From: Cyanophora paradoxa CCMP329
Taxonomy: Eukaryota; Plantae; Glaucophyta
NCBI GenBank assembly: GCA_004431415.1
Contig: QPMI01000129.1
Span: 62,001-126,000, forward strand
DNA length: 64,000 nt
Direction: 5' to 3'
This document shows, piece by piece, positions 12,211 to 25,250 of the stretch. Position numbers and translations under genes: made by a program. Under the pieces are notes generated by a model. It saw only the letters and a list, made by a program, of their open reading frames with translations, did no database searches and had not been told where the DNA came from. Every line of letters starts with the position of its first letter. The first letter of the stretch is position 1.

Positions 12211-13589
12211 CTAGGCGGAGAGGGGGTAGTAGGGGACGCCGCGGGAGAAGCGCTGCTCGGCGGCGTGCATGTGGGAGGCGAGGAAGCCGAGGGGGATGTC
12301 CAGCAGCGCGTACGAGGCGCAGTCCTCCGCGTCGAAGTGCCACCACTCTGCCCCGCCCCGCCCCGCGCCCGCGCGCGCGATCGCGTGAGCGAGGGGGGAG
12401 CGCGCGGACAGCGGTGGCACGAGGCACCGGAGGGCAACCTGCGCGCGCGCGGGAGCCTCAGGGCGGAAGCGGGCGGCGCAGCGCCGGGGCTGAGGAGGAG
12501 GGGCGGACCCGACGAAGCCGTGGCGCTCCATGACTCTGGTGAGGAGGTCGCGGTTGCGCAGCTGCTCGGCGGGGGCGTCCGCGAAGGCCCTCGCCGCCCG
12601 CTCCGTGAAGTCGTCGAACGCTGCGGGCCAAGTGAGACGCGCGGTCAGCTGGCGGGCGGGCGGGCGGGCGGGCGGGCGGGCGGGCTCGCCAGTGGGCATG
12701 GGCAGGTAGCTCCCGTCAGCGTCGACGAGGGTGCAGTCGACGGCGGCGCCGCGGCTGTGGTTGGAGCCCTTGTCGGGGTTCGCCACGAAGCGCTCGTCCG
12801 GCATGTAGTCCCAGAACTCGTACTGCACGTGCCGCGGCCTGCCCGCGCCGGCTCAGAGGGGCGGGGCGGCGTTGGGCGGGCCGCGGACGATCGCACCGGT
12901 AGAGGTCCCAGACGAGAAGGGAGAGGCCCATCTCCTGGAACTCGCGCTGCCAGTGCCGCGTCCGAGCGCTCAGCGGCGGCCCGGGGCCGCTCGCGCCGCG
13001 CGCGTTAGGCGGAGGCACCTGGGCGGCGGCCAGCTTGCGCGCGACGCTGCGGCGGGCGAAGCAGCGCCCGTTCTCGTACATCGGCTTGCCGAACACGTGG
13101 TCCGCTGTCGCGTACCGCAGGTCGACGCGGATGCTGCGGTCGAGGTCAGCAAGGTCTCTCTTGCGGGCTCAAAAATAAGCGACAGTCCGACCTCGGATCG
13201 ATGCGCACTACCTCGACAAGGTCGAAGTCGGACTCGGGCTGGTCTTCCGGTGCATAGACCGACCCCGGCGCCGGCTCAGCACGCTGCCGAGCGTTCTCGG
13301 CCGCCTCGCACACAGTCGCCGGCGGCGCCTGCGCGGATCGTACTCTTCAACTCACCGGCCGAGCAAGCGGGCGACCGCGCCGCGGCACAGTGCGCACCGC
13401 TACGAAGCTGGAGCACTGTAGCGCGCCCCAAGTGCTCCGCGGCGCGATGTCCTGGCCGACGAATTGCGGCCGCGGCAAGGGTCGCGGCCGCTGGGCGCTC
13501 CGATGGCTGGCAAATTGGCCGACGCATGCGCTGACATTGGGCGCGGCGGGGAGCAGCGGCAGCGCTAGCGGCAGCGCGAAGGCCGCCAT
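12211..13589 (-). CDS. vanX: D-Ala-D-Ala dipeptidase (VanX/DdpX, peptidase M15D) with putative plastid transit peptide
   Basis: Motifs DLRYAT, DLYRP, SNHSRGAAVD (SxHxxGxAxD) and EWWHF. The N-terminus MAAFALPLALP... splices to ...TVCEAAE...ESDFDLVE. Confidence 0.92.
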
Positions 13590-13624
13590 CGTGATGTCGC
13601 GTACCCGTCGAATTGAATTGATCG

Positions 13625-14110
13625 ATGGCCCAGCCACCGCGCTGCGAGCTGCGGCACACGGAGGAGAAGGGCCGGCTGTACGTGGCGGTCGTGGATCTGG
13701 AGGCGGGAGACCTGCTCCTCGAAGACGCCGCGTTCGGTCTGCCTTCAAACTCCGGCGAGTCCGGCCTGCCGCCCCCGTACGGCGTCCTCGTCCCGGACAC
13801 TTCGCGACTCGCCGCGGAGTGCTGCTGCTGCTGCGGGCCGCTTCCGGATGCGCCAGGCGCCGCGCCGAAGTGCGGCGGTGCGTGTGGCCTCTCCTTCTGC
13901 TCCTCGGCGTGCCGGGACTCCGAGGCCGGCGCCGTACACGCCCTGGAGTGCGCGCCCGCCCCTGCCGTCCCGCTCAAGCCTCCCTGACGCCGCGCAGGTG
14001 CCCACTGGTGCCCGCCGGCGTGAAGTCGATCGCGGAGGAGGCGGGGGTGGACGTGCACTACGTCTGGCTCGCCCTCCGAGCCATCCTCGCCTCGCACGTC
14101 TTTCGGGCGC

Positions 14111-14142
<32 letters not shown>

Positions 14143-15570
14143 CCCGGGGCGACGGGGGACCCGTGGGAGGACCTGGCGGTGCTCGAGACGCACCGCGACC
14201 GGTTCGAGGCGGCGCAGCTCGCGCGCTTCGAGCGCGCCGCGGCGCTGCTCCTCGCCGCGCTGCCGGAGGCGCCCCGCGCGAGCGTCGCCCCGACGGAGGC
14301 GCGCGTCGCGTCGCTCCTCTGCGCCGTGCGCGTCAACGCGTACGGCTTCCCCGACGGGCTCCTCTCCGGCTGCAAGGGCTTCGGCCTGTACCCCCGGCTC
14401 TCCCTCATGGCGCACTCGTGCGAGCCGAACGCGGCCTTCGTGGCGAGCCGAGGCCGCCTGGCGGTGCGGGCGAACCGGAGGGTCCCCGCCGGCTCCGAGG
14501 TCGCCGTCTCGTACGTCGACCTGTGGAAGCCGACGGCCGCGCGGCGCGCCTACCTCCGCGCGACCAAGTTCTTCGAGTGCTCCTGCCCCCGGCGCGCTGC
14601 GTTTTGCTTGATTCGCCCTGTGCCCCCCTCGTTTGTCTGACAGTACCCCTGCAGGTGCTCGTCCCCCGACGAGGGCGGCCGGTGCCTCTCCGGCGTTCGG
14701 TGTCCGCACGACGGCTGCGGGGGGTACGCGCATGCGCCGGCGGGGGGCGGGGAGGGGCGGGAGTGCGCGGCGTGCGGGCGCCCCGCTGGCGATCTGGCCG
14801 CCGTCGCCGCCGCCAAGGACCGCTTCCTGGGGGCGGCCTCGAGGGGGGGTACGCCCGCCGAGGAGGACGCCCGCATCGCCGAGGCCCGCGCCGCCCTCGA
14901 GGCCGTCCGGCCCCTGTACCCCCCTCCCTTCCCCCCTCGCCATCCCCTCCTAAGCAGGGCGCAGGCTGCACGGGAGGCACGCGATGGTGCGGGACATGCT
15001 GACGGGCGTGCGGGGCCGCCTCATCGCCCGCGGGCGCCACGCCGAGGCCGCCGAGATCATGGCCGAGGCAAGCCTTGTCACTCCCCGTTCTCTCCTCCTT
15101 GCCTCTCCACCTGACTTCTCCTCCTTCTCCTCCTTCTCCCTCGCAGCTGCTGGAGCACGCGGAGGCGGTGCTGCCGCCGGCGCACGCCGAGAAGGCCGTG
15201 CTCCTCTTCTCCTCCGCCACCTGCTGGCTCAAGGCGCGCCCCCTCTCCCCCTCAGAGTCTCTTGATCAGTCTCCGTGACCGCCGGCGGCGGCAGCACGCG
15301 CAGCGGGCGGGCCTGCCGGCGGCGGAGCGGGCGCGGGCCCTCACCGCCGCCCTCGACTGCTACCGGTCCGCCGGGGCGCGCGCCGGCGCCGCTCGTGCGC
15401 CCTGGATTTGATGCGGGACGGGCCCGGGGGCCAGGCGGTGCGGGGAGGCGGTGCGGGTGCTGGAGGGGCCCGAGGGGCCCGACGTGGCGCCCGTCGCTGC
15501 CGCCGTCGCCCGCCTCCACGCCCTCCTCGCCCCGCCGCCCCGCCCCGCCCCCCGCCGCCCCGCACGATAG
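13625..15570 (+). CDS. SET and MYND domain (SMYD-like) lysine methyltransferase
   Basis: N-terminal KGRLYVA..LEAGDLLL, Cys/His MYND-like finger (FCSSAC..HALEC), GLYPRLSLMAHSCEPN, EVAVSYVD and post-SET FECSCPRC. Confidence 0.88.
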
Positions 15571-16247
15571 CTTCCCGAGCGCTGCCGTTCTGGGCTTCGG
15601 GATCCAAATATGTAAATGTCCACTTCGAATTCGCTATTTACACGCAAGCGTACGCCGACCTGTCTCGGCTCTCAACGAGCCCTGCACGGGGCGCCGGGCC
15701 CTTGGGGGCCCTCGCGCCCTGCCACGCAAACACTGACTAGGCTAAGAAAACAATCACTAAAGAAGTAGGGACTGGACAAACTCAGAGTCAAACCAATACA
15801 AATTTCCTTCCTTTAAGGCTTCTAGATCTGGCTGCGTGGTAGAATCTTGAAGAACGACTGCCCTAGCTATAGCTGCTTCCTTCCTGCTGCGAACACACGC
15901 GGTCTGCACACGGGGGAGTCGGAGAATTCTTCATGATCAAACTAAACTCTTAAACCTGGGAGAACTGGATCCGCAGGGGGTTACGCACAGGCTTCGCGTC
16001 ACAGACCGCGAGCCGATGCAGAGCCGAGACGGAGATACTACGTAAAAAAAACGAAACCGATCGCATAAGAAAGGGCGCGCCCTTCCGTAAAGAACAGGCT
16101 GCAGCTGCCGCAGCGAGGAAATAACATACAGAGGAAAAAGCAGGCACAAAAACAGCGTGCCCCGACAAGGGCGGAGTTCGAAGCCGAAGGTCAAGCTTCA
16201 GGCGGGGCGCCGGCGGGCCGCCGGGCGCGGGGCGGGGGAGCGGGCGC

Positions 16248-17938
16248 TCACATGCCGACGGCGGCCTGGCTGGCGGCGGCGAGGACGGTCTCCTGGAAGG
16301 AGAAGGGGGAGGCCCAGGGGACGGCCCCGCAGGCCCCGGGCTCCTCGAAGCAGAAGCCGCCCCCGAACATGTCGAACGGGTTGAACATCGCCCCGAAGGC
16401 CGCCGCCCCGCCCGAGCCCGGACCGCCCGAGCCCGGGCCGCCGGCGCCGCCGGCCGCCGAGAAGACGGGCGCCGCGGCCGGCGACTCGAAGACGGGCGCC
16501 TCGTGGGCCTCCACGCGGGCGGCCTTGGCGGGCGGGCCCGCGAGGAGGAGCGGCGCGTGCGGGTGCGAGCCGGTCCGCCGCAGCTGCTGCTGCCCCGGCG
16601 AGAGCTGCGGCGGGTCGATGGGCGACGCCGAGCGCGACGAGTCCATCGGCGAGACGCCGGACCGCTGCAGCGCCGCCGCAGCGGCGGCGGCCGCTGCCGC
16701 CGCCGCGCCGACGCCGGCGGCCGAGGAGCCGCGGCCGGCCCCGACGCCGGCCAGGCCCGTCGCGGAGGAGCGCCGGCCCATGCCGGGGCCGGCGCCCCGG
16801 GGCCCGAGGCCGGCGGGGGCGGCGGGGCCGGCCCCTGGGGCGGCGAGCCCACGCCGGCGCCGCCGGAGCCGCCCGAGCCGCGGGCGCCGCCGCCGGCGGC
16901 GGAGCGGAGGGCGGCGAAGCCCGAGCCGGCAAAGGGGTCCAGCAGGCGCTTCGTGAACACGGGGTTGAGGCAGCGCTCCAGGTCCGCCGGGCTGTCCACG
17001 CGGATGCGGACGAGGTAGGTCGCGTCCAGCGTAGCGCACGGCGGCTGCGGGTCGCGTCAGCGGCGGCAGCGGGGAGGGCAAGGGGGGGCGCACCATGCCG
17101 GGCGGCCGGGCGTGGAAGCCGAAGAAGAGGATCGCCCCGATGATCTGGTTCCCGTCCATCGAGTGGATCGGCACGCCAAGGACCTGCGCGAGAGGCCGTG
17201 GGCGGGGGAAGCGGAGTGCAGAGCCTCCTGGAATGCGCGTACGGAGCGGAACCCGGCGTTCACCGCCTGACCGACGACGACCGTGCCGCGGAGCGCGGCC
17301 GTGGCGCTCCCGGGGGTGAAGTGGCCGCGGTACCACAGGTCCGGCTCGTACACGATGCCCCTGCTCGCCGCGCGTTTCAGGAGCAAGCGATATATTCACT
17401 CGCAAGGGGATGAGCGTGCACCGCTGGGGAAGGAAAGACCCGAACACGTCCTGGTGCGGAGCGAAGGCAAGGCGGCTGGTGAAGCCCCTATAGTTTTCTA
17501 CGCCTTGCGCGTTCTGCACGTCCTGCAGGCACGGAAGGGACACATCGTCAGACAAACGCGAAACCACCCGCGGGCAATTAGAGCATAGAGCAGACGAACT
17601 GACCAGCGCTCCGCTCGTGACGTACATGTCCGTTCTGGACAAGGTTCCGCGCGATGAGTCCAGGCCCCAGAACTCCCCTGCGACGCGTCTCGGTCGCCAG
17701 CGCGCAGGAGCGCGGGGGATCGCCACGCTCACCATAGCACCAGGCTGGGGGCATCGTGTCGTTGCCAGCCAGGTTCTGCAGGATGTTGATGACATCCCTC
17801 GCATATGCCTCCAGGAATAAGAATGGGCTGCACGCCGGGTGCAATTGCAAGATGAGCTGGCGCGCGCCACGCAACCATCCGCCCAGGGGAACCGCACCCG
17901 GCATGCACGCCCTCGTTGCAGACGCCAGGAAGGCCCAT
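16248..17938 (-). CDS. Hypothetical multi-exon protein
   Basis: Coding-like exons bounded by GT/GC-AG sites (GIVYEPDLWYRGHFTPG, VLGVPIHSMDGNQIIGAILFFGFH) with a low-complexity C-terminus. No domain recognised. Confidence 0.5.
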
Positions 17939-18472
17939 CGTGTTCGCGTGGAGGTTCAGCGTCGCGCAGGAGAGCGGACGCGCGGAGCTTCGCCGAGCCG
18001 GCTCGCCCAGAAGAAGTCTGCTGGTCGCTGCGGGGCTATGATTACAGGGCTGGAATGCGGGCGATGCGCGCAGGGAACACACCTCGCCCGAGCTTGAGGA
18101 GCACACTGCAGTCTGCAGCGCGCACGGGATCGGGCGGTGCAGTTCAAGCTCGGTGAGTTTCGATGGGGCAAGCCAACTGGCGGCTATCAACACTGCGACT
18201 CTATTGACGAGCGCGAAGTCAAGTGGACGGCTGAGACCGAATTATATCAGCGGGGGTTAAAAGAAATAGCGGAATTTAACTAAGCGGTCACGCGCGCAGC
18301 GTCCGCGATGAAAAGCACGGCGCGGGCCGGGCCGTCCTGTCAAACTTGCCGCGCGCGCTCCAAACGGCGCAAGTTGCAAATTGGCCCGGCGGGTAGAGGG
18401 TTAGATTGGCCCTGGCTGTACCCCGAGTCAAAGAGCTCTGGGCTCGCAGCTGAGCTTGGCGAAAGCTTCGAG

Positions 18473-20340
18473 ATGAAGCGCAGCTTCGAGGAGACCGAAA
18501 ACGGCCCCATCGAAGCGCTGCCGGACGATCTCCTTCTCGAGGTTTTTCGGGGCCTGAGCAACTCCGAGCGGTGCTGCGCAGCTCGCGTGTGCAGTCGATT
18601 CAGAGCGCTTCTGGAAAGGCCAGATGCCGGGTGGGTGTCGTTGAGTTTACGGTGCGCTGTGCCGCGTGCGTCTTTTCGACCCGGCCCCACGCGCGCTCGA
18701 TAAGCCATGCCCGTCACACCATTCGCGCGCTTTTACACCATTCCCTCCATTGATCGCCGGCCGGAACGCCCCCGCCGCCTCCACGGGCCGGCTGGCGTCC
18801 AACGACTTCGCCCCGTCTCGTCCTCTCCCCAGCGCCAACTCTCCCCAGCGCCCTTTCCCATTGTCCCGCGCATCCCAGCGGCCGCCTATCTTCATTCCTA
18901 TTCGTGGCTATTAGACTCGCGCGTCGTGGAGCGCGCCCGGGGCCAGGACCCGCCAATCGCGCCTCTGACCCGAGCGCCCGGCCACAGGATCGCGCACGCT
19001 CGGGCCGACAACAACTTCGGGCTCAAGCTGGTGCTGCGGGCGATGCAGGCGGGCACGTCCAACCTCACCGCCCGCGCCGCCGTCGATCTGCTCTCCCAGC
19101 CGCGGTCCGTGCCCCCGCCGCAGGCGCGGCCGCGAAGCTGACGGGCGGAGGCAGCTTCTCGCAGCTGCAGAAGCTCCAGCTTCAGATCGAGGACAACGGC
19201 CTGCAGTCGGCTAAGATCCCGGCCATTCTGCAGGTCGTCCTGGCCGCCCCGCCGTGCGCCGCCCCTCGCCCCGCTCCGCGCCCTCGCCCCGTGCGGCCCC
19301 GACCTGCCGCCGCGGCCGGAGCAGGTGCGCGAGACTGGAGAGCCTCTACGTGGAGCGCGTCGTGCGCACAAAGTTCGGGGAGGAGGCGGAGGCCCTCGCC
19401 GGCGACGACCTGCTCCCCGTCCCCGTGCGCCCCGCGGCCGGGCGCGCCCCGCTGCGCTGCTTCCGCGCGCCGATGCGCTGTCCGCGTGCCTCGCAGGCGC
19501 TGGTCCCCGCGCTGAAGGAGATCGGCGTGTCGGGGCGGCTGGCCGGCCCGCTGCGGCCGCTGGCCGTCCCCGGGAACCGCATCGAGCGGGTGGCCTTCGC
19601 GGCGGGGGACGAGAGCCTGCGGCTGCTGCGCGAGTGGTTCCCGCGCTGCCGGGAGGTGGGCCTGGTGGACCTCGGGCGCCCCGGCCCGCTCGCCCGCGCC
19701 CGCCTCTGCGCCCACTCCCTCTCCCTCGCCGCCCCCGACTGGACCCGCCCCGAGGACGCCCTCGACGTGCGCGTGCCCCCTCGCGCACCCTCGTTCGCTC
19801 GAGCGAGCGAGCGGCGCGCAGCTGGCGCAGTGCGTGAAGGCGGGGACGCGGCGGCTGCGGCTGGCGCACACGGGCCCGCGGGCGTGCGAGCGCGGCGGGG
19901 CCGGCGCCGGCGTGCCGCCCTCGACGGACGCAGCGCACGGGGCGTTGCTGGCGGCGCTCGCGCCCGAGGCCGGCGGCCGCCTCGAGAGCCTCTCGCTGAA
20001 GGACTTCCCTTGGCCCCGCCCTCCTCGCCGCCCTCTCCCGCGCCTCCTCCCTCCGCCGCCTCGCCCTCCACGTCTCCTCGCCCCGCCCGCCCCGCCCGCC
20101 GGCGAGGCCGCCCCCGCGCCCTCGCTGGCGGGCCCGCTGGCGGAGGCCCTGACGGCGCTGCCGCGCCTTTCGGCGCTGGTGCTGGACCGGGTGCCCGGCC
20201 TGCCGGCCCACTTCCCCGCCGTCCTCCGCGCCCGCTGCCCCCGCCTCCGCGAGATCTCCTTCTCCCTCCCGGAGGCCCCCGGGCCCCACAAGCCGGCCTC
20301 CCGCTTCGCCGCCCCCTCCCTCCTCACCGCCTTCGCCTAG
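18473..20340 (+). CDS. F-box protein with degenerate LRR-like C-terminus
   Basis: IEALPDDLLLEVFRGLSNSERCCAARVCSRFRAL matches the F-box consensus. Downstream LESLSL and CPRLREISF are LRR-like. Confidence 0.8.
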
Positions 20341-20854
20341 CCGGCCCCGCGCCCGGGGGCCCCCGATAAAGCCCTCTCCTCTCCCACCCCTCGGGCCTGT
20401 ACACTCGCTATAAATCGTCTATTCGTCTTTCTGTTTCTGGGTTTCTTTCTTGTTGAATTTCGTAGGCATCGCTACGGGCACCTGTGTAGTTGTATTGCGG
20501 TAATTATCGCTTGCCTCCGGCTCGCCCGCCCCTCGCTCGCACCCCTTCTCGATCGCGAGCGAGCGAGCGAGCGCGCCTGCAATTGTATTGTATACGTAGA
20601 CCCTCCTGCTCTGTTCTCGCTGGCCTTAGCGCCCTTGGTTTAGTCCGAGCCGCCGGTCGAGGCTCCTGTACCATATCGTTCTGTGAATAGATCTACCCCC
20701 ACTGGTCGCAGCTGCCCCGGCCCCGGCCGCGGCTGCAGCTCCGCGGGCAGAGCAGCATGGAGCCAAGCCGTGGAGAGGCCGGAGGAACGGCGCCTGCTGT
20801 CCAGGAGAAAGAATTTCATAATGGATTCAAATCGCAGCACCTAGCTAACCTATC

Positions 20855-21432
20855 CTAGGACCTGTCGGCTGCGGCCGTCATGCTTTGATCTTCGGCAAGA
20901 ACTGCGCGCGGGAGCGGCCGTGGGCGGGTAGGAGAGGGCGCGGGGCGGGAAGCGGCGGACCTTCCCGCGGTGGTTAAAGTGCGCGAAGTCGGGCCTGAAC
21001 GAGTACGACTCGAAGCCCCTGCGCGAGCGAGGAGCGTGAGATGGGGCGGGCGGGAGGCGGGCAGCGGCATCGTCTCGCACTTCGCGACGGAGGCGGGCGG
21101 CTGCTTCAGCGGCGTCAAGGTGCCCATCACCTTGGTGCAGCCCCATACGCACAGGACAAGCGCCACGGCGCACTGGACCTGGATCTGCAGCAATCGCGTG
21201 AGGATGGCTGGACCGGGCGGGCGACGGAGCTGAGGCGCCAGACGCACATCGAGAGGGATCACAAGGCCTGCTTCCGTCGAGCTGACGAGGTCCCGGTCTG
21301 CGGAGCGCGCTCAGCTGGAGAGCGGGGCGAGGCCAGACGGAGCAGTCGCTCACATCGGATGGCCGAATGCGTCGCGCGGATGACAAGAAGGATCGACAGC
21401 GCGACAGCTAGCTTGTGTATGGAGAAGCCCAT
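20855..21432 (-). CDS. EMC5: ER membrane complex subunit 5 / MMGT1
   Basis: Spliced: MGFSIHKLAVALSILLVIRATHSAIR|YRDLVSSTEAGLVIPLD|IQVQCAVALVLCVWG...|GFESYSFRPDFAHFNHRGK. Two TM segments plus the FNHRG family motif. Confidence 0.85.
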
Positions 21433-21583
21433 CGCCCGAGCCGCGCACGACGTTCGGCGCCGCTTTCCGAATGCCTCTACTGCGCTAGCTGTTCCGAAAC
21501 GACCCGAAGGGCGGCCTGTAGCTTGCTTTTCGTCGGGAAGTTTTGCGGAGGGGGGTATGCGAGACTAGCTAGCGCGAGCCGCC

Positions 21584-23936
21584 ATGAACGCCGAGAACTT
21601 CGAAGCGGCGTGCGGCGTGATCCCGGCCAGCTACGCGCGTCAGGCGCAGCAGGGCCGGCGACGGCGCGAGAACCTCATCAAGTCTCTGCTGTCCCAGGTC
21701 CGCCGCGCGCCTCTGCGCGCCTTGTTTCTCACGCCTGCGGTCGGCAGAGGCGCCTTCCGGACGAGGGATGGGACGAGGAGACGATCGAGCTCTTCCTGCA
21801 CGAGCTGGCCGCGATGGACTCGAACAACTTCGTCGGTGCGCGCGTACGCGCGCTTCGCGGCCCAGAGAGTGACCCAGCAGCCCAGATAACGTCGGGGTCG
21901 GGGAGCGGGAGGCGCGCGTCTACAGCGGGATCGTGGCGCGGAGGCACTACCGGATGGCGCACGGCGTCGGGCGGAGCGGGGACGTCGCCGCCTCGCAGCC
22001 GAAGGCCGCCGGGTCGTCCCTCGTCAACTCGATCACCCGCCGCCTCGCGCTCGACGCCGTTCGGATCTGCGGTGGGCGCGCCGTCCGCGTCCGGCGGGCC
22101 TGGGCCGACGGGGAGGGCGGGGCAGGCTTCGTGGACGCGGCCTCGGTGCTGGTGCTGCCGCTGGCGACGGGAATGGCCATCACCATGGCCCTCCTTGCCC
22201 TCCGCCAGGTCCGCGCCCCGACCGCCCGCCCCGCCCCGCCCCGCGCCAGCTGACCGGCGGCCGGGGGCGCAGCAACGGAAGGCGGGGCGGGTGGTGGTGT
22301 GGTCGCGGGTGGACCAGAAGTCGTGCGTGAAGAGCATCGCGGCGGCGGGCCTGGAGGTGGAGGTCGTGGAGGGGGTGCTGGAGGGGGACGAGCTCCGCAC
22401 CGACCTCCCCGCCATCGAGGCCGCGGTCTCCAGCAGGGAGCGCGAGGCGGTGCGCCCGAGCTCTAGCGGGCTGAGTCCTCTCGGGCCATCGAGACGCTAG
22501 GGCGTCGCTGAGACGCTGGCCGTGGGCGCAGCCGGGGTCGGTGCTGTGCGTGGTCTCGACGACCTCGTGCTTCGCCCCGCGGGCCCCCGAGCGCGTCGTT
22601 AAGGCCCGTGCTGGCCCCCCGCCCCCACGCCTAACTAAGCTCAAGAGGGGCGCAGGTAGCGCGCCTGTGCGCGCGCCTGGGGGTCGGGCACCTCGTGAAC
22701 AACGCGTACGGGCTCCAGTCCGCCCGCACCGCCCACAAGCTCTCCAAGGCCTGCAGGAGGCGCCCGCAGCCCTCCTCTCCCCTTCCCCGACCTTTCACTT
22801 AGCCGCCGTACGCTCTCTTAATCGAGCGGGGGCAGAGGGCGCGTCGACGCGGTCGTGCAGTCGACCGACAAGAACTTCATGGTACCCGTCGGCGGCTCCA
22901 TCCTCGCCGCCAAGGCGCGCACTGTACCCCCCTCTCCGCCACGTACCCCCTTGAACCCGACCTCCCGCGGCAGGACCCGACCCTCATCGAAGCGGTCAAC
23001 GGCATGTACCCGGGTACGTGGGTCTACATCGCGCTCTCCCCACTTCCGTGACCCCTACCCCCCTCTAATTCCTGTACCCAGGGCGGGCGTCGTCCGGCCC
23101 GGTGCTGGACCTCTTCGTGACCCTCCTCGCAATGGGCGCCGCCGGCCTCCGCTCCCTCCTCCGCCAGCGCGAGGCGCGTCCCGTACCCCCCTCCCCCTCT
23201 CTGATCTCTGTACCCCCTCACTTCGCCATGGGGCAGGAGCTGCTGCCGGAGATGCGGGCGCGGCTGGCGGCGGTGGCGGAGGCGCGCGGCGAGCGGCTCC
23301 TCCACACGCCCCGCAACCCCATCTCCCTCGGTCCGCCCGGCTTCTCCCATCCGCTCCCGTCCCCCCGCGTCACATCCGACTCACGCCCCTCTCTCGCGCG
23401 CCCAGCGATGACGGTGGACAAGGTGGGGGCGAGCGCCCGGGAGCGCACGCAGCTCGGCGCCATGCTCTACTCCCGCTGCGTCTCCGGCGTCCGGTACCCC
23501 CGCCCGCTCCCTCCCCCCTCCGCCGCCCTCCCGGATCCAGAGTCACGCTGGGCGGCAGGGTGGTGAGCGCGGATGGGCCCTCGCAGAAGGTGGCGGGGCG
23601 CGAGTTCCGGCACTACGGGGCCCACCACGACGCGTACCCCCACTCTTACCTCACCGCCGCCTGCGCCGTCGGCCTCACCCGCCCCGGTCCGACTCCCCGG
23701 CCGAAACGCGTACCCCCGCTGAGAACTGGCACGCCCGCTGGCGCGCAGAGTTCGAGGCGTTCGCGCAGCGGCTCGAGCGGACGCTCGGCGAGCTCGCCAA
23801 GATGCGGGCCAAGGGCGCCGCCGCGGCAGGGGCGGCAGGGGCGGCGGCAGCTCCGACAGAGGGGGCGCCGGCAGAGGCTGGCGTCCGAGCGGACTTTGGA
23901 GGCGACGTCGGCGCCGACGGGGAGGGCGCGCCATGA
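21584..23936 (+). CDS. SEPSECS: O-phosphoseryl-tRNA(Sec) selenium transferase
   Basis: Motifs [58 protein letters not shown] and YPGRAS. I counted 13 introns. Confidence 0.97.
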
Positions 23937-24178
23937 CTCTGCTTTAACATCCAACGAGTCGAGGCGTTCTATCTGGACATCACTCGGAGGGGAGGGTGCA
24001 GAGGGGGGGGGGGGGGAGGGGGGGGGAGAAGCGGGAATGAGAAATGGATGAGAAGTGCGGCGCCCGCAGGGTTTAGGGTTAAGGGATGGGTCAGGTGCAG
24101 GGCGGAGGGGCGCCTTGCACTCGGTGGCGGAGAGGGGGGGGGGATTGGGCGGGGGGGGGAAGGAGGCCAAGGAATCGA

Positions 24179-25250
24179 TCATTCCCACTCGAGGTTGGGG
24201 AGGTCGTCGTCCTCGATGCGGGCCCCGCTCTGCCCGTCCATGAACCTGCCGCAGCGTGAGCGAGGTGGACTCGGCGGCCGACGAGGCCGGGGGGCGGGGC
24301 GCCTGTGGAAGTGGGGGTTGCGCCAGCGGATGCGGCTCCCCGCGCGCACGCCCAGCAGGCCCGGCGGCGGGCCGCCCTCCAGGTAGAAGGAGACGGTCCC
24401 CACCTCGCCCTTGGCGTCCGCCGCCTGCACCGTGTGCCGCAGGAAGAAGGGCGGGCCCTGCGCCCACACCTCCAGCGTGCCCCGCACCGCCCCGCCGCCC
24501 CCGCGCCGCACGTCCCCCCACGTCAGCCTCCTCTCCCCGCCGCCGGCGCCCTTCCGCTGCCGCGAAGGCGGCGGCTGGGCCGCTGCTGAAGCCGCGGCCG
24601 GTGCCGGAGCAGGTGCCGAGGGTGCGGAGGTAGCGGTCGCGGGGGCAGCGGCCGTGGCCGCAGGCTGGCAGAGGGGCTTGTGCCGGCCCCAGTCTGCCCG
24701 CTGGCACGGGACATCGCAGTAGAAAACCTGGGGCAGACGCTGTCATGATCAGCTGCGGATCGTGCGCGCGCGCGCCGAGTCAACTGCAAGCAAAGCCCTC
24801 GCCTGCTTACAGCGACCGCAGCGGTTCGTCGCGCCTGCCTTGCCACACTTCCCGCACAGACCCGAGGTCGCTCCGGCCGCGCCGGCGGCACTCGCTGGCG
24901 CCGCGTCTCCCGCGGGCGCAATCTTGACGGCGCCCGGCAAGGCCTCGTCGAAGAGCTCGTTTGCCAGCGGAGTCCCGTGCGGCAAGCGGCTAAGCCCGCG
25001 CTTCCGCACGGCCTCCTGGACGCGCTCGCTGTCCGGGAGCTCCGTCTTCATGATCCGCTCGAACTCGCCCTCGATCTTGTCCCGGAACGCCGGCTCGTGA
25101 CACTGCGCGTTGATAAGCGCAGGCTAGATTGGCGGACCAGGCCGGAGCTCTCGCCTGCAGACAGACATCGCGCCTGTGTCTGGCGCAGTACGCGAAGCCA
25201 TCTGCGTCCCTGTATATCTCATCCTTCTCGCAATCGTCCGCATCCTTCAT
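24179..25250 (-). CDS. MYND zinc-finger protein
   Basis: CGKCGK...RCGRCKQ|VFYCDVPCQRADWGRHKPLC after splicing. Confidence 0.85.
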
